A DNA stretch of 64,000 nt from assembly GCA_038150265.1 (NCBI GenBank), contig JAYOTF010000013.1, positions 1 to 64,000 on the forward strand. Direction: 5' to 3'. Shown here piece after piece: positions 38,917 to 49,020 of this stretch. Numbering within the stretch: position 1 is the first letter of the stretch; the number at the start of each line of letters is the position of its first letter. Origin of the DNA: Deltaproteobacteria bacterium. GTDB lineage: Bacteria; SAR324; NAC60-12. The notes below the pieces were generated by a model that saw only the letters and a list, made by a program, of their open reading frames with translations, ran no database searches and had not been told where the DNA came from. Made by a program: the position numbers and the translations under genes.

Positions 38917-40122
38917 TCAGGAAGTCGCCGGGGCCGGCACCCGGATCCGGACGTACCAGAGGATCAGCCCGGCGACCCCTGCCAGCAGCGGAAGGGCCAG
39001 CAGGTTGACCCACTGCCAGCCCAAGAGGTTCAGCAGCACTCCGGCCATCAGTGATCCTGTGGCGGCAAAGGCAAACACCAGCATGTCGTTGGCGCCCTGT
39101 ACGGCCGCTCGCTCTTCCGGACGGTAGGTCTCTGTCAGAAGCGCGGTTCCGGCCACAAACATGAAGTTCCAGCCGACTCCGAGCAGCACGAGGGCCGTCC
39201 AGAAGTGCCACCAGCTTTGCCCGGTCAGGTTGATGGCGACACAAATCGCATTGAGCAGAATTCCAGTGAGGATGATCCGTAGGCTCCCGAAGCGCTGAAT
39301 GAGGTTTCCGGTGAAAAACGAAGGGGCGTACATGCCCACGACATGCCACTGGATCACCAGCGCTGCATCTGGAAAGGCGTGGTGGTGGTGCGTCATGGCC
39401 AGCGGCGTTGCGGTCATCACCAGCGCCATGACGGCATATCCGATGGCCGCGCTCACCACCGCAACGATCAGCTTCGGCTGACGGAAAATTTCAGGCAGGG
39501 GACGCTGGGAGGTGCTTTCGCCCGGAGTGCTCATGGACGGGAGCTTCAGGAAGCTGAGAATGAGCGCAATCACCGCGTACAGCGTGATGATCGCCAGGTA
39601 ACTTCCCGCAAAGGCCGCCTCTGGAATCAAGTCCCGGGCGTAAGCCGCAATGCCCGGGCCCAGCACCCCCGCGGCAATGCCTCCGGCCATGACCAGGGAG
39701 ATCGCCCGCGACCGGAATTCCGGCTCTGCGACATCAACGGCGGCAAAGCGATAGAGCTGTCCGATGCCGAGCAGCAACCCGATGCAGAAGATGGCCATGC
39801 AGAAGAGGACAAAGTTTTCCTGCATGATGGCAACCGCTGCGGTTCCGGCGCCGATGGTGCCCAGCAGCACCCCCAGCAGGAACACCGCCCGGCGTCCGTA
39901 ACGGCGCATCAGCAACGAAGCCGGCAGCCCGGCAGACATCGTCCCCAGCAAGTTGAGGGACAGCGGAAGCGTGGCCAGGGCCTTGTTTTCCGCAATGGTG
40001 TTGCCAACCAGAGACGCGGCAGCAACGTTCAGGCTGGCGGAGGTGGCCGAAAAGGCAAAGCAGACGCCCAGTAGTGAGACCTGGACCCGTGAAGACAGTG
40101 TGGGCATACCCGTGTACTCCAT
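38917..40122 (-). CDS. MFS transporter
   Basis: About 12 hydrophobic segments; RYGRR motif, YRFAAVD, QWHVVGMYAPSFFTG. Confidence 0.9.
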   Translation of the reverse strand: MEYTGMPTLSSRVQVSLLGVCFAFSATSASLNVAAASLVGNTIAENKALATLPLSLNLLGTMSAGLPASLLMRRYGRRAVFLLGVLLGTIGAGTAAVAIMQENFVLFCMAIFCIGLLLGIGQLYRFAAVDVAEPEFRSRAISLVMAGGIAAGVLGPGIAAYARDLIPEAAFAGSYLAIITLYAVIALILSFLKLPSMSTPGESTSQRPLPEIFRQPKLIVAVVSAAIGYAVMALVMTATPLAMTHHHHAFPDAALVIQWHVVGMYAPSFFTGNLIQRFGSLRIILTGILLNAICVAINLTGQSWWHFWTALVLLGVGWNFMFVAGTALLTETYRPEERAAVQGANDMLVFAFAATGSLMAGVLLNLLGWQWVNLLALPLLAGVAGLILWYVRIRVPAPATS

Positions 40123-40196
40123 ATCATGAATCTGTTTCCAAAGTGATCAAGCATAGCGATGCCTTCTGACGAAACCAAGCCCTATTCCCGGACCTG

Positions 40197-41336
40197 TTGA
40201 TGAACTGGAGTGACTACTGGACCTTTTATCATGCGTCGGTCGCGCTCTTCTTTCTGGCCGTCCTGTTTCTGCTGATCCGCTGGATCTTCCTGCGCAAGGG
40301 ATCGGGTTCCAAGGAGCCCCGCCTGCGCTTCAAGCACTGGAACCGTCAGTTTGCCCAGAGCGAGGAGCAGCTTCAGGATCTGCTCGAGGAGTTTCCTGCG
40401 TTGCCCAAGGACGCGGTGAAGCTCATCCGGAAGCGCCGCAAGCAGGACCGGAAGGCGGAGAAGCAGAAGCAGCAGGCCCGGCAAATGGAGCAGACCACTG
40501 CCATTCGGCAGGCGCTTGAAGAGGGGCAGTCGAGCAAGGAGGTGCTGCGTCAGCACTCCAACCGTGTGTATGTCCTGGACTTCAAGGGCAACGTCATGGC
40601 CAGCGAGGTGGAGCACCTGCGAGATGAAATCACCTTCCTGATTCAGGTGGCAACCCCGTCCGATGAGGTGGTTCTGCGCCTGAACAGTCCCGGCGGTGCC
40701 GTGGCCCAGTATGGCCTCGCAGGCTCTCAGGTGGCTCGGTTGCGTCAGGCCGGGCTGACCTGCGTGGTCTGTGTCGACGTGGTGGCGGCCAGCGGCGGCT
40801 ACATGATGGCAGCAGCGGCGGACCGCATTGTTGCCGCGCCCTTTGCCTTCATCGGCTCCATCGGGGTTGTGGCAGGCATGCCCAACTTTCACCGGGTTCT
40901 GCAGAAGAATGAGGTCGACTACCACCTCTTCACTGCGGGCAAGTACAAGCGCACCGTGACGCCCTTTTCGGAGGTCCGGGAGGAGCACAAGGAGAAGCTT
41001 CAGGAAAACCTGGAGGCAATCCATGAAGCCTTCAAGAATCACGTCCGTGAGGCCCGTCCGGACCTGAATCTGGACGAAGTGGCCACAGGGGAAGTGTGGC
41101 TGGGCTCGGAAGCGCTTGCGCTCAAGCTGGTGGATGAGCTGTCCACCAGTGACGACTACCTCCTCCAGAAGGCGGAAGCCGGGTGCGAGGTCATCGTCAT
41201 TTCAACAGAGACCCCCGGGTCTCCCATGGATAAAATCTTCCGTCGTGCAGAAGGGGTGCTGGGGCGGCTGTCTCCGTGGGGGCAGCGTCCGGAGTCCAGC
41301 TTCTGGGGCGGTTCTTCGTCACAGTCCCTCTCATGA
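40197..41336 (+). CDS. sohB: Protease SohB (S49)
   Basis: VLDFKG, LNSPGG, YGLAGSQ, VAASGGYMMA, TAGKYKRT, ATGEVWLG. Confidence 0.93.
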   Translation: MMNWSDYWTFYHASVALFFLAVLFLLIRWIFLRKGSGSKEPRLRFKHWNRQFAQSEEQLQDLLEEFPALPKDAVKLIRKRRKQDRKAEKQKQQARQMEQTTAIRQALEEGQSSKEVLRQHSNRVYVLDFKGNVMASEVEHLRDEITFLIQVATPSDEVVLRLNSPGGAVAQYGLAGSQVARLRQAGLTCVVCVDVVAASGGYMMAAAADRIVAAPFAFIGSIGVVAGMPNFHRVLQKNEVDYHLFTAGKYKRTVTPFSEVREEHKEKLQENLEAIHEAFKNHVREARPDLNLDEVATGEVWLGSEALALKLVDELSTSDDYLLQKAEAGCEVIVISTETPGSPMDKIFRRAEGVLGRLSPWGQRPESSFWGGSSSQSLS

Positions 41337-42001
41337 AGCAGTTCTTCCTCCTCGGGAGCGTCATGCTCCTGCTCCTCTCGGCCTGCAAGGGGCCTGCGGT
41401 CTTCAGCGAAACCAACCTCCTCCCCCACATGAAGCAGCCCACGCTGGTGCTGCTTTCAGGACGTCCGGCCCTGATTCCCCGGAATGAGTGGACCACCCTG
41501 CTGCAAGAGGTGGAGGCGGAGCTGCAGGCGATGCCGCAGTTTGGCACCCTGCTGGTGGCGGAAGCACAGCAGCAGATCTGGCAGCAGGCTCCGCACCTGA
41601 AGCCGGCTCAGGCGCAGTACCAGGCGACCCTGGCGGCCACTGGGGTCTCGGACAAGGCGCTGGCCCAGACGCTTCGGGAGGCGTATGGCACCTCCCGGTT
41701 CCTGCTCTTTCAATTTGAGTCCTACTCCTGTACCAAGGAGTGTGCTGGAACACGGCAGTGGCTCATCCGCCTGACGGTTCTCAATCCGGAATCTGGAAAA
41801 CCCGTGTACCGCATCCGGACGCAGCGCCAGTTGACGCCTGACGAGGAACAACCGGACGCGGCTCAGGCGTTGGCCCGGACCCTGATTCGGGACCTGCTTC
41901 AGCAGTTTGAAGCCGAATTCACTGTCCCCTGGCACCAGTGGCGCTTTGAGCACCTGCGGCGTCCGGAGTCTCGTATCGAACGGGCCTCCACCGGTCTTTA
42001 A
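41333..42001 (+). CDS. Putative lipoprotein
   Basis: MKQFFLLGSVMLLLLSAC lipobox; ATGA overlap with sohB. Confidence 0.8.
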   Translation: MKQFFLLGSVMLLLLSACKGPAVFSETNLLPHMKQPTLVLLSGRPALIPRNEWTTLLQEVEAELQAMPQFGTLLVAEAQQQIWQQAPHLKPAQAQYQATLAATGVSDKALAQTLREAYGTSRFLLFQFESYSCTKECAGTRQWLIRLTVLNPESGKPVYRIRTQRQLTPDEEQPDAAQALARTLIRDLLQQFEAEFTVPWHQWRFEHLRRPESRIERASTGL

Positions 42002-42019
42002 TCCTCACCTTGATTCACC

Positions 42020-42691
42020 ATGCATTACTCCGAATGGGCTTCCCGCTGGGAACAAAACCGCATCGGTTTTCATGTTCCGGAAGTGAACCCCCGCCTGATC
42101 CGTTACGCGGAAACGCTCCTGACGCCACGTCCCGACCGCATCCTGGTGCCCCTCTGTGGCAAGAGCCTGGACCTGCTCTGGCTGATGGAGCGGACCGATG
42201 AAGTGGTGGGAGTGGAGCTGATCCCGAAAGCCATCCACGACTTCTTTGACGAGCACGGCCTCGAGGCCACCGTTGAGGACGTGGGCGCACTGAAACGCCA
42301 CCGGTGCCAGAACCTCACCCTTTATGAAGGCGATGTCATGGACCTCACTCCAGAGGTCGCAGGCACCTTTGATGCGATCTACGACCGGGCGGCCCTGATT
42401 GCCCTGGACCCGGAAGAGCGGGCCAGCTACCGTCCGCACCTGCTGGACTTTCTCCGTCCGGGAGGGCACATGCTCCTCATTACGCTGGACTACCTTCCAC
42501 GGACCGGAGGGCCCCCTTACAGTGTCGGAGAAGACGAGGTCCGGAGCTTCCTGGCGCCTCATGGCGTACTCGAAGAAGTGGAACACCATGATGCCACAGA
42601 AGAAAGCACCAACCTTCGGCAGCGTGGGGTGAATCAGGTATTCGAAAATGCCTACCGCTTCATCAAGAACTCTGTGGCACCGGAGGGCTGA
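42020..42691 (+). CDS. tpm: Thiopurine S-methyltransferase
   Basis: WxxRWEQNRIGFH, LVPLCGKSLD, YDRAALIAL, GPPYSV. Confidence 0.93.
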   Translation: MHYSEWASRWEQNRIGFHVPEVNPRLIRYAETLLTPRPDRILVPLCGKSLDLLWLMERTDEVVGVELIPKAIHDFFDEHGLEATVEDVGALKRHRCQNLTLYEGDVMDLTPEVAGTFDAIYDRAALIALDPEERASYRPHLLDFLRPGGHMLLITLDYLPRTGGPPYSVGEDEVRSFLAPHGVLEEVEHHDATEESTNLRQRGVNQVFENAYRFIKNSVAPEG

Positions 42692-43425
42692 TGGGCGTCC
42701 TGGCGGTGATCCCGGCGCGCTATGCGTCCACTCGGTTTCCCGGAAAGCCCCTGGCTCCGATCCTGGGCAAGCCCATGATTCAGCACGTTTGGGAGCGGGT
42801 GCAGCAGGTTCCGTCCATTGATGAGGTGCTGGTTGCGACAGATGATGCGCGCATCGCTGAAGCGGTTCAGGCTTTCGGAGGAGCGGTGGCCCTGACGTCT
42901 GCCGACCATGAGACCGGAACCGACCGGATCGTTGAAGCCATCTCTGGGCAGACGCATGACTGGGTCCTGAATGTTCAGGGCGACGAGCCGACGCTGAGTG
43001 GTGGTGACCTGGAGACCCTCATTCAAACGGCCACAGCGCGTCCGGAGGTCTCTGTTGCGACCCTGATGCACCGCATCACGGATCCGGAGCAGCTTCAGGA
43101 CCCGAACATTGTCAAGGTCACGGTGGCGGCCAATGGGCAGGCTCTTTACTTTTCACGCTCGCTCATCCCCTTCCCGCGGCAGCCTCCGGAGTCGGGACCT
43201 GCGGCGTGGCGGCACCTGGGGGTGTACCTCTTCCGCCGGACCTTTCTCCTCGATTTTCACCGTTGGCCCCGGACACCGCTGGAGCAGTGTGAGCAGCTGG
43301 AGCAACTCCGGATTCTGGAAAATGGGCACTCGCTGCTTTGTGTGGAAGCTCAGGAAGATGGCGTGGGAGTGGACGTGCCGGAGGACATTTTGCGAGTGGA
43401 GGCGCTGCTGAAACAAGGGGGATGA
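42691..43425 (+). CDS. kdsB: 3-deoxy-manno-octulosonate cytidylyltransferase
   Basis: IPARYASTRFPGKPL, GTDR, NVQGDEP, ALYFSRS, LEQLRILE. Confidence 0.96.
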   Translation: MGVLAVIPARYASTRFPGKPLAPILGKPMIQHVWERVQQVPSIDEVLVATDDARIAEAVQAFGGAVALTSADHETGTDRIVEAISGQTHDWVLNVQGDEPTLSGGDLETLIQTATARPEVSVATLMHRITDPEQLQDPNIVKVTVAANGQALYFSRSLIPFPRQPPESGPAAWRHLGVYLFRRTFLLDFHRWPRTPLEQCEQLEQLRILENGHSLLCVEAQEDGVGVDVPEDILRVEALLKQGG

Positions 43426-43524
43426 TCCGGAAAAACCCTGCTGAGGCCGTCCGGGAAAAATCTTGCCTTGCCCAGGGAGCTGTCATAGGATGGCCGACTG
43501 TTCACTTCCACTCAATCGCTGTAG

Positions 43525-44328
43525 ATGTTGACGGAATCCACCCCCGCACCCGCCGTTCCCGCTTCTGAATCCTCCTTCGCTGATCAAGTCGATCAGGGAC
43601 GCTTGCCCCAGCACATTGGCATCATCATGGATGGCAATGGACGCTGGGCGAAGAAACGACTCTTTCCACGCTTTCAGGGGCACCGCAACGCGGTCCGAGC
43701 GGTTCGGGAAACGGTAGAAATTGCGGTTGAGCTGAAGCTCCCGGTTCTGACCCTGTACGCCTTTTCAACCGAAAACTGGTCTCGTCCCAAACGCGAGGTG
43801 ACGGTCCTCATGGACCTGTTTGCCGAGTACCTCGACAAGGAGCTGGAGACGATGCTGCAGCACGGGGTGCGCTTCCGGGTGCTGGGAGATCGAACGGGGC
43901 TCCCGGACTTTTTGCAGGAACGCCTCTCGAAGGCCCTGGCGGCAACTGCGGCGAACCCCGGGCTGCTCCTGAACCTGGCCGTCAACTACGGAGGCCGCGC
44001 CGAGCTGGTCCGAGGCATGCGCCTGATCGCCGAGCAGGTCCGCGCAGGGCAGCTGAATCCTGAAGACATCACCGAGTCACTGATTTCGGATCACACCTAC
44101 ACCGCCGGGGTGCCTGATCCGGATCTGATCATCCGAACCAGCGGGGAGCAGCGGACGTCCAATTTCCTGACGTGGCAATCCGCGTATTCGGAACTCTATT
44201 TCACGGAAACCCTCTGGCCCGACTTCACGAAGGCGGACTTTGTGGAGGCGATTCGGGTGTTTCAGTCCCGCGATCGTCGCATGGGAGGGGTTCCTTCAGC
44301 AGACCCTGAGGACCACGAGGCGTTATGA
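43525..44328 (+). CDS. uppS: Undecaprenyl diphosphate synthase
   Basis: HIGIIMDGNGRWA, AFSTENW, NYGGR, IRTSGEQRTSNF. Confidence 0.96.
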   Translation: MLTESTPAPAVPASESSFADQVDQGRLPQHIGIIMDGNGRWAKKRLFPRFQGHRNAVRAVRETVEIAVELKLPVLTLYAFSTENWSRPKREVTVLMDLFAEYLDKELETMLQHGVRFRVLGDRTGLPDFLQERLSKALAATAANPGLLLNLAVNYGGRAELVRGMRLIAEQVRAGQLNPEDITESLISDHTYTAGVPDPDLIIRTSGEQRTSNFLTWQSAYSELYFTETLWPDFTKADFVEAIRVFQSRDRRMGGVPSADPEDHEAL

Positions 44329-45146
44329 TCCCTGCGGCGTTACAAAATCCGGATGTTCTGACCCGCGTCAAGAGCGGGGTGCCGCTGGCCCTGGGGGCCA
44401 CGTTGCTGCTCGGGTATGCGCCGCTCAGTTGGGTCGCCGCCCTGGTGCTGATGATTGGCATCATTGGCGCGTGGGAGTTTCAGCAGATGTTTGCGCAGAC
44501 TCCCGGACGCCTGCCCTGGGGCCTGTTGCCCCTTGCCGCGTTCCTGTGTGGCCTCAGTGCCTGGCTGGGGGGCATTGCCGGGCTGAGCGCCGGGTTGCTG
44601 ATCAGCGTGGTGCTGTGGCTGGTGCATGAGCTCATCTACCGGCCCAAGGTGGCGCTGATGGAACTCTATGCCATGGGCATTGGCCTCTTTGGCCTGTTCT
44701 GGGTCGTCTGGTCCATTCAGCACTTCACCCTCATCCGGGCGCTTCCGGAAGGGGTGGCGTTGCTGTTCTTCCTGCTGCTGGTGATCTCCTTCAGTGACAT
44801 TGCCGCCTACTTCGGAGGCAAGCGGCTGGGGAAGACCAAGCTGGCTCCCACCATCAGCCCCAAAAAAACCTGGGAGGGCAGCGCCTGCGGCGTGCTGGTG
44901 GCTGCGCTCGTGGGACTCCTGCACGCCGGGATCTTCTTGACCTTAACCTGGCAGGAGGCTTTACTGCTGGCAGTGAGTACTGCCGTTGTGGGACAGATTG
45001 GTGACCTGGTGGAGTCGAAGATCAAGCGCTTGTGCGAGGTCAAGGACTCGGGCTCCCTGCTCCCCGGACACGGCGGCATCCTGGATCGCATCGACGGGCA
45101 CCTGCTGGCAGCCCCCTTGTTTTACTACCTCATGCTCCTCACATGA
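44325..45146 (+). CDS. cdsA: Phosphatidate cytidylyltransferase
   Basis: SDIAAYFGG, SPKKTWEG, GDLVESKIKR, KDSGSLLPGHGGILDRID. Confidence 0.95.
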   Translation: MIPAALQNPDVLTRVKSGVPLALGATLLLGYAPLSWVAALVLMIGIIGAWEFQQMFAQTPGRLPWGLLPLAAFLCGLSAWLGGIAGLSAGLLISVVLWLVHELIYRPKVALMELYAMGIGLFGLFWVVWSIQHFTLIRALPEGVALLFFLLLVISFSDIAAYFGGKRLGKTKLAPTISPKKTWEGSACGVLVAALVGLLHAGIFLTLTWQEALLLAVSTAVVGQIGDLVESKIKRLCEVKDSGSLLPGHGGILDRIDGHLLAAPLFYYLMLLT

Positions 45147-46348
45147 CTTCGGGAAAGCGTCTAGCGGTTCTGGGATCAACCGGCTCCATTGGCACCAGCA
45201 CCCTGGACATCGTCCGTCAGTTTCCGGAAGCCTTCCTCATTGATGCGCTGACCTGTCACACCTCGGTGGCGCGTCTGGCCGAACAGATTCAAGAATTTCA
45301 TCCCCGTGTCGTCTGCGTTCAAAAGGAGTCGGATGCTCAGGACCTGCGGGCCAGCTTTCCCGACCTGATCGTCGAGGTGGGTCCGGATGCGCTGTGTGAG
45401 GTCGCTGCCGCCGCCTCCGTCGATCTGGTGGTGGCCGGAATCGTCGGGGCCGCAGGGCTGGGCTCGGTCTTTGCTGCGGTGCGGGCAGGAAAGCCGGTGG
45501 CGATTGCCAATAAGGAACCACTGGTACTGGCGGGAGAGCTGCTGCTGGAGGAAGCCAAACGGACCGGCGCTGTGTTGCTCCCGACCGATAGCGAACACAA
45601 TGCCATCTTTCAGGCGCTGCAGGGCCAGCAGCAGGATCGCGTCCGGCGCTTGATCCTGACCGCGTCCGGAGGAGCCTTCCGCGACCGTCCGCTGGAAACC
45701 TTTGAGGCCATCCGTCCGGAGGAAGCCCTGGCCCACCCCAACTGGAGCATGGGGCCGAAGATTACGGTTGACTCCGCGACGATGATGAACAAGGGGCTGG
45801 AGGTGATTGAGGCCCACTGGCTGTTTCAGGTGCCAGTAGACGCGATTCAGGTGGTGCTGCATCGGCAGAGCATCGTTCACTCGCTGGTGGAATACGTTGA
45901 CGGCTCCTTCCTCGCTCAGCTGGGGCAACCGGACATGCGCATTCCGATTTCCTACTGCCTCGCCTATCCGGACCGCCTGCCCATCACGCTTCCGGAGCTG
46001 CGCATTGACGCCTTGGGCACCCTTGACTTTCAGCCCCTGGACCCCAGCCGCTACCCCTGCCTCGGTCTGGCTGGAGAAGCCGCTCAGTACGGAGGCAGCG
46101 CTCCAGCGGTGTTGAATGGCGCCAATGAAGTGGCGGTGGAGGCCTTCCTCAAGGACCGTTGCCGCTTCACCGACATTGCCACGACCCTCCGGAGGGTTCT
46201 TGACCTGTGGCACACAACCCTTCAAACTGAATCCTGCCCCGTCTTTCTTCAGGCTCTTCAATCCATCAGCGACGCAGTGGCGGCTGATGCCTGGGGACGT
46301 GCCCAAGCCGAGCAGTGGCTGGAGGCACCGGCGACGTTTGTTTCCTGA
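45143..46348 (+). CDS. dxr: 1-deoxy-D-xylulose-5-phosphate reductoisomerase
   Basis: LGSTGSIG, ANKE, DSEH, HPNWSMGPKITVDSATMMNKGLE; start ATG 45143. Confidence 0.97.
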   Translation: MTSGKRLAVLGSTGSIGTSTLDIVRQFPEAFLIDALTCHTSVARLAEQIQEFHPRVVCVQKESDAQDLRASFPDLIVEVGPDALCEVAAAASVDLVVAGIVGAAGLGSVFAAVRAGKPVAIANKEPLVLAGELLLEEAKRTGAVLLPTDSEHNAIFQALQGQQQDRVRRLILTASGGAFRDRPLETFEAIRPEEALAHPNWSMGPKITVDSATMMNKGLEVIEAHWLFQVPVDAIQVVLHRQSIVHSLVEYVDGSFLAQLGQPDMRIPISYCLAYPDRLPITLPELRIDALGTLDFQPLDPSRYPCLGLAGEAAQYGGSAPAVLNGANEVAVEAFLKDRCRFTDIATTLRRVLDLWHTTLQTESCPVFLQALQSISDAVAADAWGRAQAEQWLEAPATFVS

Positions 46349-46372
46349 GATCCCTCCGAATAAGGCACTTTT

Positions 46373-47677
46373 ATGACCACGATTGTCATTTTCCTGCTGG
46401 TTCTGAGTTTTTTGGTGTTCATCCATGAGCTGGGCCACTACCTGGCGGCCCGTCACGTTGGCGTTCGGGTGGAGTCCTTCTCCATTGGCTTCCCCCCAAA
46501 GGTGTGGGGCAAGCGCGTGGGCGATACGGAGTACATGGTCTCCGCCATTCCGCTGGGCGGCTACGTCCGGCTGTTTGGACAGAATGTGGACGATGAAGAC
46601 CCCACCGACCCGCAGAACTATGCGGCCAAGACGCGCCTGCAGCGCCTGTACATCCTGGTGGCCGGTCCGGCTGCAAACTTGCTGCTGGCTCTGATCTTCA
46701 TGCCCCTGGTGTTCTGGATGGGAACCGAGGTTCCGTCGTACCTGAAGGAGCCTGCACAAGTGAGCGCCGTTGCGGAAGGCAGTGTGGCGGCTGACCTGGG
46801 CATGCAGGCACAGGACTGGGTGGTCTCGCTGAATGGCACCCCCACCCCGACCTGGCAGGAAGTCAACGACGCCCTCAGCAAACTGGGTCCGGGAGAGACC
46901 CTGCGTGTGGAGTACGACCGAAGTGGGGAGCTGCTGGAAGGCAGCGTGCCTGCCGAGCGCTTCCACCGGGCAGGGGCATTGGGGTGGTCTCCCTTGATTC
47001 CTCCCGTGGTGGGACGTCTGGTTCCCGACTCGCCAGCGGATCAATCCGGCATCCAACCGGGAGACCGGATCCTGAGCATCAATGAGGTGGCGATTGGGGA
47101 GTGGTCGCAGATCACCCAGACCGTGATGGACCTGGAAGCCAGCTACGAGTCGCCGTTGCCCCTGACGTTGCAGCTTGACCGCAACGGAGAGGCCCTGGAG
47201 GTGCAGCTGACCCCCTACCTGGATCCGGAGTCGGATCGGCTGTTGCTCGGCATGGGCATGGCGATGGAGAACCGGAGCTTCCCGCTGGGGGAAGCCGTGA
47301 TCCGCGGGGTGGACCGGCTGGGCTTCATGATTGGAGCAACCTTTGGCTTCATCGGCCAGATGCTTTCCGGACAGGGCTCCATGGACGACCTGGGGGGGCC
47401 GGTTCGCATTGGCATGGTGGTGGGACAGGCTGCCGAAAATGGCTGGACGGAGCTGTTCTTCATGATGGCGGTGATCAGCCTGCAGCTCGGGATCTTCAAC
47501 CTCCTCCCCATTCCAGCCCTCGATGGCGGACACATCCTCATGCTGGGAGTCGAGAAGCTCAAGGGCGGCCCCCTCAGTGTCACCCTCCGGGAGCGGACCC
47601 AGATGCTTGGGTTTTCGGTGCTGCTGGCCCTGATGCTGTTTGTGACCTACAACGACCTCATCCAGGTCGTCAACTGA
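46373..47677 (+). CDS. rseP: RIP metalloprotease RseP
   Basis: HELGH, PLGGYV, two PDZ-like segments, NLLPIPALDGG. Confidence 0.95.
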   Translation: MTTIVIFLLVLSFLVFIHELGHYLAARHVGVRVESFSIGFPPKVWGKRVGDTEYMVSAIPLGGYVRLFGQNVDDEDPTDPQNYAAKTRLQRLYILVAGPAANLLLALIFMPLVFWMGTEVPSYLKEPAQVSAVAEGSVAADLGMQAQDWVVSLNGTPTPTWQEVNDALSKLGPGETLRVEYDRSGELLEGSVPAERFHRAGALGWSPLIPPVVGRLVPDSPADQSGIQPGDRILSINEVAIGEWSQITQTVMDLEASYESPLPLTLQLDRNGEALEVQLTPYLDPESDRLLLGMGMAMENRSFPLGEAVIRGVDRLGFMIGATFGFIGQMLSGQGSMDDLGGPVRIGMVVGQAAENGWTELFFMMAVISLQLGIFNLLPIPALDGGHILMLGVEKLKGGPLSVTLRERTQMLGFSVLLALMLFVTYNDLIQVVN

Positions 47678-47737
47678 TCCGTTCTGAGGGAGCGGCAATG
47701 CTCCCTCCCTTCCTCTTGTGACACGCCGGAGGCAAAG

Positions 47738-49000
47738 CTAAAGCCGCGCCTCAATCCAGTCTGCCCACGCCAGCGTTTCCGCATCCCTTCCGGGCGCGCC
47801 CAGCACCTGCACCCCGACGGGTAGCTGGTTGGGGCCCAGCCCCACCGGCAGGTGAATGCCGGGTCCACCAAGCACATGCCAGATGCGGTTGAAGAGCGGG
47901 TTGCCCGTGTTGTCAATCCCATAAGGCGCTTCGCCTCCGGCGCTCAAGCTCAGCACCACATCACACGTCTCAAAGACGTCCGGGAGGCACTGCTGGGCAG
48001 CCTGGACCGTGTTCTGGGCCTCCACCCAGGTGCTAAAGGGCCACTCAAGCGCTGGCTCGAGCAGCCCCCGGATGCGGTCACTCAGGTTTTCCGGTTGACT
48101 CGAGAGCTCCGGAAGCGCACTCCGGGCCGACTCATAAACCTGAATGGTGCTCTGAGCCTGCGTCAGCGCGTCTTCATCGACGGGTAGCTGCAGGTCCTGC
48201 ACCTGAGCTCCAGACTCCCGAAGGGTCTGGGCCGCCTGCTCCAGGGCTTTTTGCACCGAGGGGTCTGCCTTTTCCCAGTGAACCGTCCGGTGCAGGCCAA
48301 TCCGGGGGGCTTCATGGGGGGCCGGGCGCGGCGCCTCGCCCAGGAGCCCCTGCCGGACCAGCTTCAGGTCGGAGACGCAGCGGGTGAAGAACCCGAGGGT
48401 GTCGAGTGACGGGGCCATCAGCTTGGTGCCGGCAATGGGGAAGTGTCCGAAGGTGGGCTTGTACCCGACCACTCCACAGAAGGCGGCTGGACGGATGACC
48501 GAGCCTGCTGTCTGGGAGCCGACCGCTAGAGGCGTCATCAGAGAGGCCACCGCTGCGGCCGAGCCGCTGGAGGAACCACCGGGCGTGTGGTCCGGATTGA
48601 CAGGATTCCGGGTGGGCCCCGGGGAAAACATCGCAAACTCGGTGGTGACCGTCTTGCCCATCAAAACCGCTCCGGCCCGCCGCAGAGCCGCAACACAGGC
48701 GGCATCGGCTGCGGGTTGGTGTCCGGAATACGCCTTGCTGCCGTACTCGGTCGGGAAGTCGCAGGTGTCCAGCAGGTCCTTGACGCCAACCGGGATGCCA
48801 TGCAGCGGCCCGCGTCTGGGGATGCGATCCAGGATCTGTGCCTGCGCCAGGGCGACTTCGGGGGCGAGGTAAGCCCAGGCCTGCACCTCGGGTTCGCGCT
48901 GGTGCGTGTGGTTCAGGCAATCGGCCACCAGCTGTTCGCTGGTAATGTCACGGCGCTCCAGCATCCGGGACGCTTCGGTCAGGGTCAGGTCAATGAGCAT
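47738..49000 (-). CDS. Amidase-signature family amidase
   Basis: GPLHGIPVGVKD, TPGGSSSGSAAAVA, GSQTAGSVIRPAAFCG. Confidence 0.93.
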   Translation of the reverse strand: MLIDLTLTEASRMLERRDITSEQLVADCLNHTHQREPEVQAWAYLAPEVALAQAQILDRIPRRGPLHGIPVGVKDLLDTCDFPTEYGSKAYSGHQPAADAACVAALRRAGAVLMGKTVTTEFAMFSPGPTRNPVNPDHTPGGSSSGSAAAVASLMTPLAVGSQTAGSVIRPAAFCGVVGYKPTFGHFPIAGTKLMAPSLDTLGFFTRCVSDLKLVRQGLLGEAPRPAPHEAPRIGLHRTVHWEKADPSVQKALEQAAQTLRESGAQVQDLQLPVDEDALTQAQSTIQVYESARSALPELSSQPENLSDRIRGLLEPALEWPFSTWVEAQNTVQAAQQCLPDVFETCDVVLSLSAGGEAPYGIDNTGNPLFNRIWHVLGGPGIHLPVGLGPNQLPVGVQVLGAPGRDAETLAWADWIEARL

Positions 49001-49020
49001 GGTTGAAGTGAGTCAAGCAG

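Noticed and set aside
45176..47698. 840-aa minus-strand ORF (likewise 31272..33707, 16774..18564, 15190..16623, 34233..35678, 52409..54031, 56047..57417)
   Set aside because: Antisense shadows of well-supported genes caused by GC3 codon bias
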